DNA of 64,000 bases from an uncultured virus (IMG/VR IMGVR_UViG_3300008110_007658) (IMGVR_UViG_3300008110_007658), one strand, 5' to 3'; shown: positions 19,571 through 29,949, counted from the stretch's first letter. Notes: a model not told the origin generated them from the letters alone. Program-made: numbers and translations.

Positions 19571-20821
19571 TCAAGGAATTACAACTTCAGGATTGGGGAG
19601 GGGGAACAGTAATTTTTTGCCTTTAAACTTTGGATTGCTAATAAAGAAGTTTTTAAAGTGCCAGGGAAGAATCACAAAGACATCATACTCATCAATTACA
19701 GAATCTTCACTCTTAATAGGAATCCAAGTTCCTGGAGTAAATGACCCATCTTTATCGGGATTAACATCACCAACAACTCCAATAAATTCTGAAGTAATTT
19801 CCCAAGTCTGAAGAGTTACATTACCTTTAGTACTTGCTCCAAGAGCAGCAATTTTAAGACCATCTTCTTTAAACTGGCGAATCAGGTTCCAAAATCTAAC
19901 TTTACACTCATCAATACGGAAAGAAAAATCTTGCCAAGGTTGAACTGTATCAAGTTTAAGATCAAGTTCTTCTTGCACCAAATTATTAACTTTAATAGTT
20001 GCTTCATCATACTTACTATTCTTATTAGCAACTACAACAGAAATACTTCCACCATTTACATCATTAAATTCAAAATCAATAATTTTTAAATCCGCACTAT
20101 CCATAATATATTTTAGTTGCCTCATTCCATAATAAGAAAGATGCTCATGGCATACAGTATCAAAAGAATTTGCACGAAGCATTTCTGGCATATAACTCTG
20201 CTCAAGAACCCAGATACCTTCATTTGGATCTAGAACTGAGTTAACTTCTCTTGCAAATTGACAAGGATCTTCCAAGTCATAGAACATTGAGAATGAAGTT
20301 ACCAGTTTTGCTTTTTCTTCACCAAAGTAAGTTCTATAAGTTTTTTCAGTAAAGAAATCTGCAATGTAATCTACATGCTCTTTATAATATTTTGAAAACT
20401 TCTTAGATGTAGGGTCAATACTAACAAGTTTTAATTCCGGAGAAAAGAATCCTAGAAATGTTCCATCATTTCCTGCAATATCAATTACAAGGTCTCTTTT
20501 TTTCAAATCAAGGAAATTAACAATCTTTTCGTACTTTCCTTGAAGATGTTTCACCATACTAGCATTTAGACCAGAACGGTATCCATATTCCTGCCCATAC
20601 ATCGTCGGCAAGTCAAAGGTATGCTCCAATTGAACATGCCCACAACCACCTGTTGTTTCATTACATTTAACAAGTTTTAGTGGACCCCGATACATTTCAA
20701 CATCCACAGTCTTTGGGAAAATACCCGACAAGTATTGATTACCCAAATCTAAAACTGTGACAAGATGCTCATTGCCACATACTCGACATTTTTCAATTTT
20801 ATAAAACATATCAGTGCTCAT
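19571..20821 (-). CDS. NDP-sugar C-methyltransferase
   Basis: CRVCG Zn site, [32 protein letters not shown]. Confidence 0.88.
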   Translation of the reverse strand: MSTDMFYKIEKCRVCGNEHLVTVLDLGNQYLSGIFPKTVDVEMYRGPLKLVKCNETTGGCGHVQLEHTFDLPTMYGQEYGYRSGLNASMVKHLQGKYEKIVNFLDLKKRDLVIDIAGNDGTFLGFFSPELKLVSIDPTSKKFSKYYKEHVDYIADFFTEKTYRTYFGEEKAKLVTSFSMFYDLEDPCQFAREVNSVLDPNEGIWVLEQSYMPEMLRANSFDTVCHEHLSYYGMRQLKYIMDSADLKIIDFEFNDVNGGSISVVVANKNSKYDEATIKVNNLVQEELDLKLDTVQPWQDFSFRIDECKVRFWNLIRQFKEDGLKIAALGASTKGNVTLQTWEITSEFIGVVGDVNPDKDGSFTPGTWIPIKSEDSVIDEYDVFVILPWHFKNFFISNPKFKGKKLLFPLPNPEVVIP

Positions 20822-21812
20822 TGATACACATATCCTCAACTAATTGTTTAAATGAAGTCTTAGGTTTCCAACCCAGTTTCTCCTTTGCCTTGGAGGCATC
20901 ACCCAATAAAGTTTCAACTTCAGAAGGGCGGAAATATTTAGGATTTACACGAATGACCTCATTTCCAGTGAATACATCATATCCAACCTCATCCAATTCT
21001 TCACCTCTCCATGTAATTTGCATTCCAAAATAAGGTGCTGCTTCATCAATAAAATCACGAACAGAATATTGCTCACCCGTAGAAATAACAAAGTCGTCTG
21101 GAGAATCTTGCTGTAGCATCATCCACATTGCTTCCACAAAATCTTTAGCATGACCCCAATCACGCCTTGCATTTAGATTTCCAAGATGAAGAATATTTTG
21201 TTTTCCCTCAGATATTGCTTTCAAACCTCTAGTGATTTTGCGAGTTACAAATGTCTCACCACGACGGGGAGATTCGTGATTGAAAAGAATTCCAGTACAA
21301 GCATACATCCCATACGACTCACGATAGTTCTTTGTAATCCAGTATCCATAAAGTTTTGCTACCCCATAAGGAGAACGGGGATAAAAAGGAGTAGTTTCAC
21401 GTTGAGGAGTTTCCTGAACCAATCCGTAAAGTTCGCTGGTAGATGCCTGGTAGATGCGTACACGGTCTTCCATACCCAGAAGACGAACTGCTTCAAGAAC
21501 ACGAAGAGTTCCCATAGCATCCACATCAGCAGTGTATTCAGGCATCTCAAAGGATACTTTGACATGACTTTGAGCACCAAGATTATAAATTTCATCGGGT
21601 TGAACTAATTGAATAACTCTAACAAGATTAGTACTATCAGTAAGATCTCCATAGTGGAGATGTAACCTATTGTAAATATGATCAATTCTATGAGTATTAA
21701 TTAAAGAAGATCTTCTAATAATACCATGAACCTCATATCCCTTTTCTAAAAGAAGTTCTGCAAGATAAGATCCATCTTGCCCAGTAATACCTGTAATTAA
21801 TGCTTTCTTCAT
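20811..21812 (-). CDS. gmd: GDP-mannose 4,6-dehydratase
   Basis: [34 protein letters not shown]. Confidence 0.97.
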   Translation of the reverse strand: MKKALITGITGQDGSYLAELLLEKGYEVHGIIRRSSLINTHRIDHIYNRLHLHYGDLTDSTNLVRVIQLVQPDEIYNLGAQSHVKVSFEMPEYTADVDAMGTLRVLEAVRLLGMEDRVRIYQASTSELYGLVQETPQRETTPFYPRSPYGVAKLYGYWITKNYRESYGMYACTGILFNHESPRRGETFVTRKITRGLKAISEGKQNILHLGNLNARRDWGHAKDFVEAMWMMLQQDSPDDFVISTGEQYSVRDFIDEAAPYFGMQITWRGEELDEVGYDVFTGNEVIRVNPKYFRPSEVETLLGDASKAKEKLGWKPKTSFKQLVEDMCINEH

Positions 21813-22552
21813 CCGTGATATACCATTAAGTCAATTAATAAAGGTTTAATTTTATTGTTTTGTATGTGATGTTTAATTAACAATTCATTACACCACCAAC
21901 CATCAATTTCATTTGATTGTTTTACTAATTGTCCAATGTGGTTATATACTCCACAAAAAACATTCATGGAATTAGTAGTTCCAATTGCAAACCAATCACT
22001 ATACATTCCATACGATAGTCTAGAATCGTGACATATTAGTATGTCATCGTCCAAATTAATAGCATCAAAGTTAATAACCCCATAAGGAGAAAAATCCATT
22101 CTGCTACGAATTACCAAATCATATTCAATATCATTTGAAACTGAATATTGTTCTTTTAGTAGATTAGACATCATTATACTATAGAACATACTATTTGTCA
22201 TATCACTAAGATATCCTTTAGCAACATCTAAACCCTCTTCTACATCTAATGCCCAACTAGGTCCCTCAATAAAGCATTTATCTGGAAAGTGATATTTTCT
22301 TTTCCAAGTTTTTGGTTTTTCAATATAAATCTGCTTTGGATTATAGTACTGAGTAATTTTTTCTATTGCATCAGGAGAAAGAGTTTTTCCTACTCTATCA
22401 GGAATAACTGAGTTTGTACTCAAATTGTTTGGATCAAACCAGGTATGAACAAAAACATCAACATCGTTACCATCCAATATTGCCTGCTTTATTTTTGGAA
22501 AAGTAACATCAATATCTCTTGGTTGTCCAGATAAACACAATGCGATTTTCAT
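21809..22552 (-). CDS. hypothetical glycan-locus protein (possible glycosyltransferase)
   Basis: [29 protein letters not shown]. Confidence 0.65.
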   Translation of the reverse strand: MKIALCLSGQPRDIDVTFPKIKQAILDGNDVDVFVHTWFDPNNLSTNSVIPDRVGKTLSPDAIEKITQYYNPKQIYIEKPKTWKRKYHFPDKCFIEGPSWALDVEEGLDVAKGYLSDMTNSMFYSIMMSNLLKEQYSVSNDIEYDLVIRSRMDFSPYGVINFDAINLDDDILICHDSRLSYGMYSDWFAIGTTNSMNVFCGVYNHIGQLVKQSNEIDGWWCNELLIKHHIQNNKIKPLLIDLMVYHG

Positions 22553-23337
22553 CAGTATCCCTCCTCATCCCATCCCTCATAAAGAGGATCATAGGGTAGA
22601 CAATAAATGTTATTCTTTGGCCAAATAAAATCAACTCCCTTTCTTGGAAATGATTTGAATGCCTTTTTCATTGCTTCTTTGCTTATAATTTTTGCTTCTT
22701 GCCAGTTAGGTGCGTTATCATAAAGATATTGTTCTTGATTTTCTACCATTTTCTTAACTCTATCATCAAACCTACTGCAATAGTATGCTCCAATATAAGT
22801 TTCTGGGCGAGTTAATAAATGCATGTAACTTGCGGCATTGCTTCTATCAACACCAAGTTTTTGGCACAAATCATTTACTTCAAATGGAATATCAAAAAGA
22901 TTAATCATATCTTCTCTATATCCCCAGAACACATGGTCTCTTGGATGAAATAGAAAAGAAAAATAATATCCACAAATAAAAATTTTTTCTTTCTTCTTGT
23001 TGCCAATGAAATAATCAAACATATTCAACATACCTTGATGATTGAATTTTTGATCACTTCGCATCTTTCCAACCAAATTAGAAGAAGATGCTTTAACTCC
23101 AGCAAGAGATGTAATAAGTTGTAAGTTAATATTCATAACTCCAGAATATGAAGGATATTCACTATTCCGTATATAACTTACTCTATTGGATTGGTATTCA
23201 GTTTTCTTATCATTTTCCCAACAAGAAACAATAATATTATCTACAAAATTAAGTTGCAAATAAGAGTCAATAATTTCATCAGTAAAATCTGTATATGGAC
23301 CCTGAAGTACCAAATCCATTTTTTCTTTTGATGTCAT
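22552..23337 (-). CDS. WavE-like LPS synthesis protein
   Basis: LVLQGP, IIVSCW, NINLQLITSLAG, KMRSDQ, FHPRDHVFWG. Confidence 0.78.
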   Translation of the reverse strand: MTSKEKMDLVLQGPYTDFTDEIIDSYLQLNFVDNIIVSCWENDKKTEYQSNRVSYIRNSEYPSYSGVMNINLQLITSLAGVKASSSNLVGKMRSDQKFNHQGMLNMFDYFIGNKKKEKIFICGYYFSFLFHPRDHVFWGYREDMINLFDIPFEVNDLCQKLGVDRSNAASYMHLLTRPETYIGAYYCSRFDDRVKKMVENQEQYLYDNAPNWQEAKIISKEAMKKAFKSFPRKGVDFIWPKNNIYCLPYDPLYEGWDEEGY

Positions 23338-23768
23338 AACAGAGAAGGATAATCAGTACAAATTGCGTAAGGAACTCCATTTAAAGACTTATTAAGAGAA
23401 CTATCATCAAGTAATGGAATGATAGTATTTTCATCGATTTGCATATCCAAATCATGCAACCATATCTTTCCAGTTGAGGTGTAAATAAAAGGATCTTGAG
23501 TGTGGCAGAATGACTGATATTGCCAACATTCTTTTGCGGATTCTAGATTTTTACAGTGCAACCAAAGACAATCTCTGCGTTTTTCTAACCAAGTATGTTC
23601 AACTTTATATTGAGGTTCATCATGTCCCAACCAAAGTTCTCCGTTAATTGAGCGAATATCAATCTCAACATCATACCCATTACCAATAGCACAATCAATA
23701 TAACTTGGACGATTTTCTTGATTTGAGATGATGCCTCTAATATTGCCTCTATGAGAAATAATTTTCAC
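23334..23768 (-). CDS. short GDPD/PLC-like phosphodiesterase
   Basis: ISHRGN, YDVEIDI, LGHD, ICTDYP. Confidence 0.75.
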   Translation of the reverse strand: MKIISHRGNIRGIISNQENRPSYIDCAIGNGYDVEIDIRSINGELWLGHDEPQYKVEHTWLEKRRDCLWLHCKNLESAKECWQYQSFCHTQDPFIYTSTGKIWLHDLDMQIDENTIIPLLDDSSLNKSLNGVPYAICTDYPSLL

Positions 23769-24076
23769 AATTCTTCAATCCTCAACGATTTGTCTTCAAT
23801 AAAAAGATCATAGAATGGCTTATTAACCTTCAGTTCGTGATATTTTGCACCCCACTCTTCAAGTTGCTTTTTTGTCAACTCTGTCCAGTCAATTTGTTTA
23901 CGACTACCACGAGCAGTCCAATAAACAATGGTATGACCTTCATCATACAGATTGTTAATCTTTTCTATGTTTTCTGGGATTGGTTTTGCTTTAGTGTAAT
24001 CATGAGTCGTACCAAAATCAACGCAAGTTTCTCTATGACAAATGGTTTCGTCAATATCAACATAAATGACTTTCAT
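23765..24076 (-). CDS. capless HAD phosphatase
   Basis: VDIDETIC, WTARG, KP..DLFIEDK. Confidence 0.82.
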   Translation of the reverse strand: MKVIYVDIDETICHRETCVDFGTTHDYTKAKPIPENIEKINNLYDEGHTIVYWTARGSRKQIDWTELTKKQLEEWGAKYHELKVNKPFYDLFIEDKSLRIEEL

Positions 24077-24753
24077 TGATACATATCTCTCCTATAGTTT
24101 TCATTGGGGCAAGTATCAACTGCAGCAACCTCTTGTTTGGTGAGAAACTTAACTCCCCCCAATAACTTTGCACCAATAAAAATCTCTGCAGATTTTTCAC
24201 ACATCAAAGTAGAAGCTGCACAATCTTTTTGAGATGCAGATGCTGATATTATACCGTGATTCTGCAACAAAATCAACTTTGGAAAATACCCCTCACAATC
24301 TACAAACTTTGAAACATGCTTATCAACCAACTTTAAAATTGCTTCTCCTGGAGGAGCATATGGGACAACGCAAGACTTAATTCCATTTCTTACAATCTGG
24401 TCAGGAAACCATCTGTGTTCTGCAAAATCATAAATTGCTTCCGAACAAAGAATCTTAGTTGTATGTGGTGGATGAGTATGTGCGATGAAATTAATATCAG
24501 GAAATGACTTCATTATCCAAGCATGAAAAGAAGTTTCAATACTTGGTTTCTTATGGAGAAGTTCTATCTGTGCTCCATTTGTATTACATAAAGTCAAATC
24601 TTCTTCCGATAAAGTGTGAAGACTTGTTCCGCTTGCTTTAATTAAAAAAGTGTTGTCACTTTGTCTAACTGAGACATTTCCTTCTCCACAGATAGTAAAA
24701 GGACTTATAATATGGGCAAGAGATAATAGTTCATCAATTTGTGAAATAGTCAT
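24073..24753 (-). CDS. class II aldolase/adducin family protein
   Basis: EGNVSVR, KPSIETSFH, AHTHP, LLQNHG. Confidence 0.87.
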   Translation of the reverse strand: MTISQIDELLSLAHIISPFTICGEGNVSVRQSDNTFLIKASGTSLHTLSEEDLTLCNTNGAQIELLHKKPSIETSFHAWIMKSFPDINFIAHTHPPHTTKILCSEAIYDFAEHRWFPDQIVRNGIKSCVVPYAPPGEAILKLVDKHVSKFVDCEGYFPKLILLQNHGIISASASQKDCAASTLMCEKSAEIFIGAKLLGGVKFLTKQEVAAVDTCPNENYRRDMYQ

Positions 24754-26293
24754 TGTCGTAAGAATAAGGGTGCCAGTCTACTTTATTAAAAAATGTTTGC
24801 CAATATTGATAGGTTTTTAAATCGTTAGGAGTTCCCCAACAGATATACTCATCAATTTCAAAGTTCTTTACAGTATAACCAAGTTTAATAGATTCGTTAA
24901 TAAGGTTATCAATATAAAACTCTCCATTAGTTTTAATATTTTTCTCGTAGAGTTTTTTCAAAGAACTTAGGTATATATTCTTATTCCTAAAGAACATCGT
25001 TCCAACTACTGCATATTCTTCAACAGGATTATTTCCAATAAAATTCTTCACATCTACACAACGAACATATCCACCAGTATCAATATCCAACCAAGAATAC
25101 ATATTTGGATTATGATGACTTGTATAATTGTTACGATAACTCCAAACAATTACATCATTACTTTTATCTTCAACTAGTTCAAGAAACTTATCTGAATTAT
25201 AAAACATTCCGTTGTCACATGCAGAGATAATAATTGATTTATCATCTTCAACAACATTTACCAACCTCTCTGTTGTACATGCCTGACCAGGAAGGACATC
25301 CTCAATCCATACAATATTTCCTGCAGGAACGGAATTATTATGCCCACTTAAGCATCCATAAATTACATCATCAGTCTTTGGAAGGCATCTAACTGCCTGA
25401 TCGACCATAGGTTTGCCATTAACAGGAATAAATGGTTTTGGAACAGTATAACCTATTTCAGAGAATCTACTCCCATATCCTGCCATAGGTAGAAGAGTTA
25501 CACAATTAGAAATTTTAACTTCTCTCTGCCCCACAAGTGCCTTACGATAGTAATTAGACCACTGCAAATACATATCAAGGTCAAGAGGAGTTCCCCACTG
25601 AAGCATATTAGGAACTTCATAAACAAAAGAATTTAAATTATCTTTGTTTAAAAGATTATAGATTAAACTTACATAATATTCCCCACTCAAATTAACATCA
25701 TCATCCATCATCTTCTGAAAGTATTTTTTAATGTACTTTCCCTTTTTAAAGTAATACGTTCCAGTAGAAGCAAACTCTGACATTTTATTATCAGTAAATG
25801 GTTGCTTCTCACGAACTTCTAAAATTTTATTATTATCATCTACCCTACAAAAAGCATAATTATCACTACCCAACATGTGAGGATGAAATCCAGTATAACA
25901 AATTACGCACCCATCACATCCAGTTTTATTGACAAAATTTTCAAAATTATCATAATCCCAATACATTGAGAAATCACAATAATTTACAATTACTTGCTCA
26001 TTATCTCCAATTTCATTGAAGATATTGGATACTGTAAATACAGGACCCTTTTTATGAGATGGGATAGTAATTATTTTTTTATTATTACAAAGAGTTTGTA
26101 AAAGATCTAATATATTAGTCTGTTCTGCATGTTTATCATTTACAATAAAAACAAATTCAGAGTCTGTTGGATAAAGATTTACTATATGCTCAATTACAGT
26201 TTTACCATCTATTTCCAACAAGTATTTTGGTAGTTGATATCCCACTGCAGAAAATCTACTGCTCATCCCAGACATGGGAATAATAACTTTCAT
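24734..26293 (-). CDS. tandem-duplicated sugar nucleotidyltransferase-like protein
   Basis: Two repeats: IPMSGMSSRF..PKYL...WGTPLDL and LPMAGYGSRF..PKPF...WGTPNDL. Confidence 0.85.
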   Translation of the reverse strand: MKVIIPMSGMSSRFSAVGYQLPKYLLEIDGKTVIEHIVNLYPTDSEFVFIVNDKHAEQTNILDLLQTLCNNKKIITIPSHKKGPVFTVSNIFNEIGDNEQVIVNYCDFSMYWDYDNFENFVNKTGCDGCVICYTGFHPHMLGSDNYAFCRVDDNNKILEVREKQPFTDNKMSEFASTGTYYFKKGKYIKKYFQKMMDDDVNLSGEYYVSLIYNLLNKDNLNSFVYEVPNMLQWGTPLDLDMYLQWSNYYRKALVGQREVKISNCVTLLPMAGYGSRFSEIGYTVPKPFIPVNGKPMVDQAVRCLPKTDDVIYGCLSGHNNSVPAGNIVWIEDVLPGQACTTERLVNVVEDDKSIIISACDNGMFYNSDKFLELVEDKSNDVIVWSYRNNYTSHHNPNMYSWLDIDTGGYVRCVDVKNFIGNNPVEEYAVVGTMFFRNKNIYLSSLKKLYEKNIKTNGEFYIDNLINESIKLGYTVKNFEIDEYICWGTPNDLKTYQYWQTFFNKVDWHPYSYDNDYFTN

Positions 26294-26326
26294 AGACAAC
26301 AATTTTGTTTATACTATGTATTCTAT

Positions 26327-26356
26327 AAAAAAAGAGGGGTTGTGTAAACCCCTCTT
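26327..26356 (-). terminator. rho-independent terminator
   Basis: AAGAGGGGTT-TACAC-AACCCCTCTT plus T-run. Confidence 0.75.
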
Positions 26357-26364
26357 ATACAATT

Positions 26365-26762
26365 CAGGCTCGCCACCAATTCTTTGACTGGAAATTGGAA
26401 ACCAGGCGGGAGAGAGTCCCATCCGCACCACCAATTTTTTAAGGAAATTGGAAACCTAATGGGTCATTGACTCCACCACCTAGTTTTGGGAAACTAGGAA
26501 AAGTTGGGACAGTTTTGCAAGTTCATTCACAGAAAAGAATGCACACAAAACCAAAACATCATAGAGTTTTAGTTTAACTGCAAATGGTATAGTTAAAGCG
26601 CCACCAATAAACTTTACCAGTAGTCCATATTTAAAATCTCCCCATAACATGATTTGATAACCAATAATAAGGAGAATGTTTCCAAGATATCGTAGGATAC
26701 TTGTTTTAGACATAAGGGGTTTTGCTCCCGACCAGGGCTAGTTTTAAGTCATACCGAGACTA
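26365..26762 (-). ncRNA. manA-like structured RNA interrupted by an ORF
   Basis: 5' GTCTCGGTATGAC...GCCCTGGTCGGGA and three repeated TTTCC-stem-TGGYG hairpin units; resembles cyanophage manA/wcaG motifs from recall. Confidence 0.65.
26480..26713 (-). CDS. small multi-pass membrane protein nested in ncRNA
   Basis: 77-aa hydrophobic ORF. Confidence 0.65.
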   Translation of the reverse strand: MSKTSILRYLGNILLIIGYQIMLWGDFKYGLLVKFIGGALTIPFAVKLKLYDVLVLCAFFSVNELAKLSQLFLVSQN

Positions 26763-26766
26763 TTAT

Positions 26767-27537
26767 TTACATCAACCACTGAACAAAACCAGTACGCTCT
26801 TTTCCATTGCTAGGAGTTACACTATGGTATGATAAATCATTACTCAAATCACAAATAAAAACTCTGTTGTATATGGGAAGTATTTGATCAATTAAAACCA
26901 AATCATGGACTTTGTTATCTGCAAATCCTCCACCTGGACAATCAGTTTGAATTCTTTTATGAGTTGTTAAAAAATCCATCCTAGATTCTGGATTGATGTT
27001 ATTTATTTTAAATGACGATTCAGAACATTCTTCATCAACTCTCCATAATTGCAACATACCGCCATCTTCATATTTCCAGTTTTTATTGAAGTAGCAAATA
27101 ACTACAAGTTTTCTAGAAAAACTATCAGTATGAATCCAAAATCCATTTGCATATGGTCTGTGATACCTAAGTTTAATTTCAGTATGACATGGATGATTCA
27201 ATTGATAGTTAGAATTTACCAATCGAACAAGATATTCATGCCATTCTGGATTAAAAAATAAATCAGATCCAATATGAATTTCTTGATTTGCAAATACAAC
27301 AGATCCATCATAAGGAAGAAGTTCTGAATCAGTATCAGACCTTCTATCAAGATATTCACTGAATTCTAAAGTTTGATGCTGCTTGATTAGTTCTTCTAAC
27401 TTATCTTCTTTAAAGAAATTATCTAAAACTAGATATTTAATATCTGGTTTTGATTTTACAGTTTCCTGCAATTGTTCAAAGTATGAAGAATTGAGATATT
27501 GTGGATTTATCCAATTAGAAAGAGTTTGCATCATCAT
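26767..27537 (-). CDS. 2OG-Fe(II) oxygenase
   Basis: IHTD, GGMLQLW, HSVTP..R facial triad pattern. Confidence 0.85.
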   Translation of the reverse strand: MMMQTLSNWINPQYLNSSYFEQLQETVKSKPDIKYLVLDNFFKEDKLEELIKQHQTLEFSEYLDRRSDTDSELLPYDGSVVFANQEIHIGSDLFFNPEWHEYLVRLVNSNYQLNHPCHTEIKLRYHRPYANGFWIHTDSFSRKLVVICYFNKNWKYEDGGMLQLWRVDEECSESSFKINNINPESRMDFLTTHKRIQTDCPGGGFADNKVHDLVLIDQILPIYNRVFICDLSNDLSYHSVTPSNGKERTGFVQWLM

Positions 27538-27770
27538 TCTTCAATATCATCAGGATCAATATAACACGGTTGATCAGTCAACCATTTCGCATACTCAATA
27601 TCCTCCATTGCAAGAGAAAATTGCATAGAATTATCGAACAAATAAACGTCATTCCACCTCTTAGAATAATAATCTTGCATTTGAAGACGGTAATCTGGTT
27701 TGCCGTTCAGTTCAATAATTCCCCGTTCAACAAACCTAAATCCCTCACGTTCAAGAAGAACTTTTGTCAT
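27534..27770 (-). CDS. hypothetical protein
   Basis: 78-aa ORF coupled by ATGA overlaps. Confidence 0.7.
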   Translation of the reverse strand: MTKVLLEREGFRFVERGIIELNGKPDYRLQMQDYYSKRWNDVYLFDNSMQFSLAMEDIEYAKWLTDQPCYIDPDDIEE

Positions 27771-27982
27771 GCAACCTCGATTGTTTCTAGATCAGAGAGA
27801 ACATATTCCATAAGCATTTCATAATCATCCAGAGGATCACCAGAGAATACTACACCTTCTTGCTCATAAAAACGACGAACTTTTTTAAAGAGTTTTGGAT
27901 TCTTTACATCAAGATAGAATTCGCCGTTAGCAGCACCACGAAGGGTTTGAACGTCTTTCTTAAATTTAGAAGTGAGAGTCAT
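27767..27982 (-). CDS. hypothetical protein
   Basis: MTLTSKFKKD...; preceded by TTGACT-17-TATAAT. Confidence 0.7.
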   Translation of the reverse strand: MTLTSKFKKDVQTLRGAANGEFYLDVKNPKLFKKVRRFYEQEGVVFSGDPLDDYEMLMEYVLSDLETIEVA

Positions 27983-28058
27983 TGTTTTGAATGTTGACCT
28001 TGTTATTATAGGAAAAATAGTGTTGAAAGTCAAGTAGGACAGTTCGGTTTCTGTCCAG

Positions 28059-28131
28059 TGCTGGTTGCGAGGATCGAACTCGCCTCCCATCGATTATGAG
28101 TCGATTGCATTCGCCAGATTGCTAAACCAGC
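28059..28131 (-). tRNA. tRNA anticodon CAT (elongator Met or Ile2)
   Basis: Acceptor GCTGGTT/AACCAGC, ATCGA-CTCATAA-TCGAT, GTTCGAT; lacks initiator features. Confidence 0.88.
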
Positions 28132-28154
28132 ATTCGCTATTCGCAAACAGCGAA

Positions 28155-28226
28155 TGGGGATACTGGGAGTTGAACCCAGACTAAGCCCTTATAAGGAGCC
28201 CGCTCTAACCATTAAGCTATACCCCC
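28155..28226 (-). tRNA. tRNA-Ile(TAT)
   Basis: GGCTC-CTTATAA-GGGCT anticodon arm, GTTCAAC T-loop. Confidence 0.88.
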
Positions 28227-28265
28227 ATAAATCCAGGTCTATTCTAGAGGACCTGGAACTCTTTG

Positions 28266-28499
28266 TCAAGAACCTTCTTCGTGATCGGTGTGAATTTTAA
28301 CTATGTCATCAATATCCACATTTGCGTCTTCACATATCTGCACAACTTCATTGTAAGGAACTATGAATACATTTCCGTGTTCACTTGTTATGATAAATGA
28401 TTCTCCTTTTTCAACTCTATCTATCAAGTTATCAAAATCTGCTTGAAACTCTTCGACAGTAAATAATTTAAGTTCGTTAATTTCTTGATACATTTTCAT
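28266..28499 (-). CDS. Phd/YefM-like small protein
   Basis: FTVEEFQADFDNLIDRVEKGESFIIT resembles Phd N-terminal domain. Confidence 0.55.
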   Translation of the reverse strand: MKMYQEINELKLFTVEEFQADFDNLIDRVEKGESFIITSEHGNVFIVPYNEVVQICEDANVDIDDIVKIHTDHEEGS

Positions 28500-28517
28500 A
28501 AAGTGAATTTTTATGAG

Positions 28518-28591
28518 TCGGAATGACAGGATTCGAACCTGCGGCATCTCGCTCCCAAAGCGAGTGCTCTACCAAACTGAGCTACATTCCG
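28518..28591 (-). tRNA. tRNA-Pro(TGG)
   Basis: CTCGC-TTTGGGA-GCGAG; full cloverleaf. Confidence 0.93.
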
Positions 28592-29012
28592 TTACTTTTG
28601 TTTTGTTTGATGTATAACCATTATACCCAAGACGGGAACCATTGTCAAGAGGTAGCAAAGGATAAAAAGCGAAACCTGATTATCCAGAATTAAATGAGCA
28701 AAGTCTCTCATCGTACTCTATCTATAACAGCAAGAACCCCATGGGCATAAAAGAAAAGCAAAACCGAACCGATTGTTGCTGATATTATTGTAGCAGTTTT
28801 ATTGTGTTTGTCAATTGCCTTTGCAACTGATTGATCAATCATTTCCTGTACTTCTTCGGGAGTCATTTTTCATCTCCAAGAAATTTTGCAAGAGGATCGC
28901 GACCTGTCTTAATAATCTCACAGGCTCTGCGATAAAACATATTACTGGTATTACCAGATTTCTCAAAAGTTTCTTTGATTTTTACCCAGTTATCAAACGT
29001 ATGTTCGTCCAT
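28592..29012 (-). other. three coupled small ORFs (28863-29012, 28708-28866, 28592-28711), two hydrophobic
   Basis: Manual translation; ATGA overlaps. Confidence 0.55.
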
Positions 29013-29125
29013 GGGTTTTATGCGAGGTACTATTATATAATAATTTTCAAATTTTGAATGTCAATGAAATGTGTCCATTATGTAACACTGTTGAAGAAAT
29101 TATTAAATTTTAGTATCAATTATAG

Positions 29126-29210
29126 CGGAGAGGGTCGGATTCGAACCCACGGAAGCTTTCACTTCGGCAGTTTTCAAGACTGCTGCCTTAAACCACTCGG
29201 CCACCTCTCC
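29126..29210 (-). tRNA. tRNA-Ser(TGA)
   Basis: GCAGT-CTTGAAA-ACTGC; long variable arm. Confidence 0.93.
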
Positions 29211-29220
29211 AATATGAAAT

Positions 29221-29472
29221 TCAACGAATCTCAAAGTCCAATTTACGAACTTTACGCTGTCTTCTTGCTTCCTGAAAAGCAAGATCTTGATTGGAAAGCA
29301 CATTTGATTTTTGTGTTTCCTTTAATGAGTTTAGCATAACAACTCTAGATAAGTCAAGTGCTGAAATCTTATCTCCGCGAATTGTTGCCATATTTGAACA
29401 TCCACAAGTTATAGTTTTTGTTGGGTGTCCAAGTAATTCTTTGTTACAATCTTTGCATCTTATTGATAACAT
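29221..29472 (-). CDS. small Zn-ribbon-like protein
   Basis: CKDC...CGC. Confidence 0.7.
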   Translation of the reverse strand: MLSIRCKDCNKELLGHPTKTITCGCSNMATIRGDKISALDLSRVVMLNSLKETQKSNVLSNQDLAFQEARRQRKVRKLDFEIR

Positions 29473-29487
29473 TGTTCTTCATCCTAT

Positions 29488-29922
29488 TCACTGTAAATGT
29501 GATCTTAACATCCATACAAATTTGCCGTGGGATTCCATTAAGTCTTGAACCAAATTAGCAGTTGCATATTGCTTTTGTGCTTCTGATTCTTCTGAAATCT
29601 CTACCATTAACTCACAAAACTTAGTGTTATTATCAAGGAGTTCTTGAAGCATTTCTTTTGCTCCAGTTGAACTTGCCGCTTCTTTAATTTGAGTTACCTC
29701 AAGCATTCTTGAGAGAGAACTTAATGGTTTTACATTTAAGTATCTCATATGCTCAGAGATTCTATCAATCTCTTCAAACATAGTCTCATACTGCCCACCA
29801 AAGAGTTGATGGAGTTGAGTAAAATCACTCCCTACAACATTCCAATGAAATGCCCAAGTTTTGTGGAATAATACAAAAAGCGATGACTGAGCATCACTCA
29901 ATAGTTTAAACAGTTTCTCCAT
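29488..29922 (-). CDS. dps: Dps ferritin-like protein
   Basis: FHWNVVGSDFTQLHQLF, IDRISEHMR, HGKFVWML. Confidence 0.93.
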   Translation of the reverse strand: MEKLFKLLSDAQSSLFVLFHKTWAFHWNVVGSDFTQLHQLFGGQYETMFEEIDRISEHMRYLNVKPLSSLSRMLEVTQIKEAASSTGAKEMLQELLDNNTKFCELMVEISEESEAQKQYATANLVQDLMESHGKFVWMLRSHLQ

Positions 29923-29949
29923 TATACTTTTTTCAAGTATTTATGCAAG

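Noticed and set aside
26365..26505. Mini-CRISPR array
   Set aside because: Only three imperfect, self-pairing units with short structured spacers; no cas genes in the window
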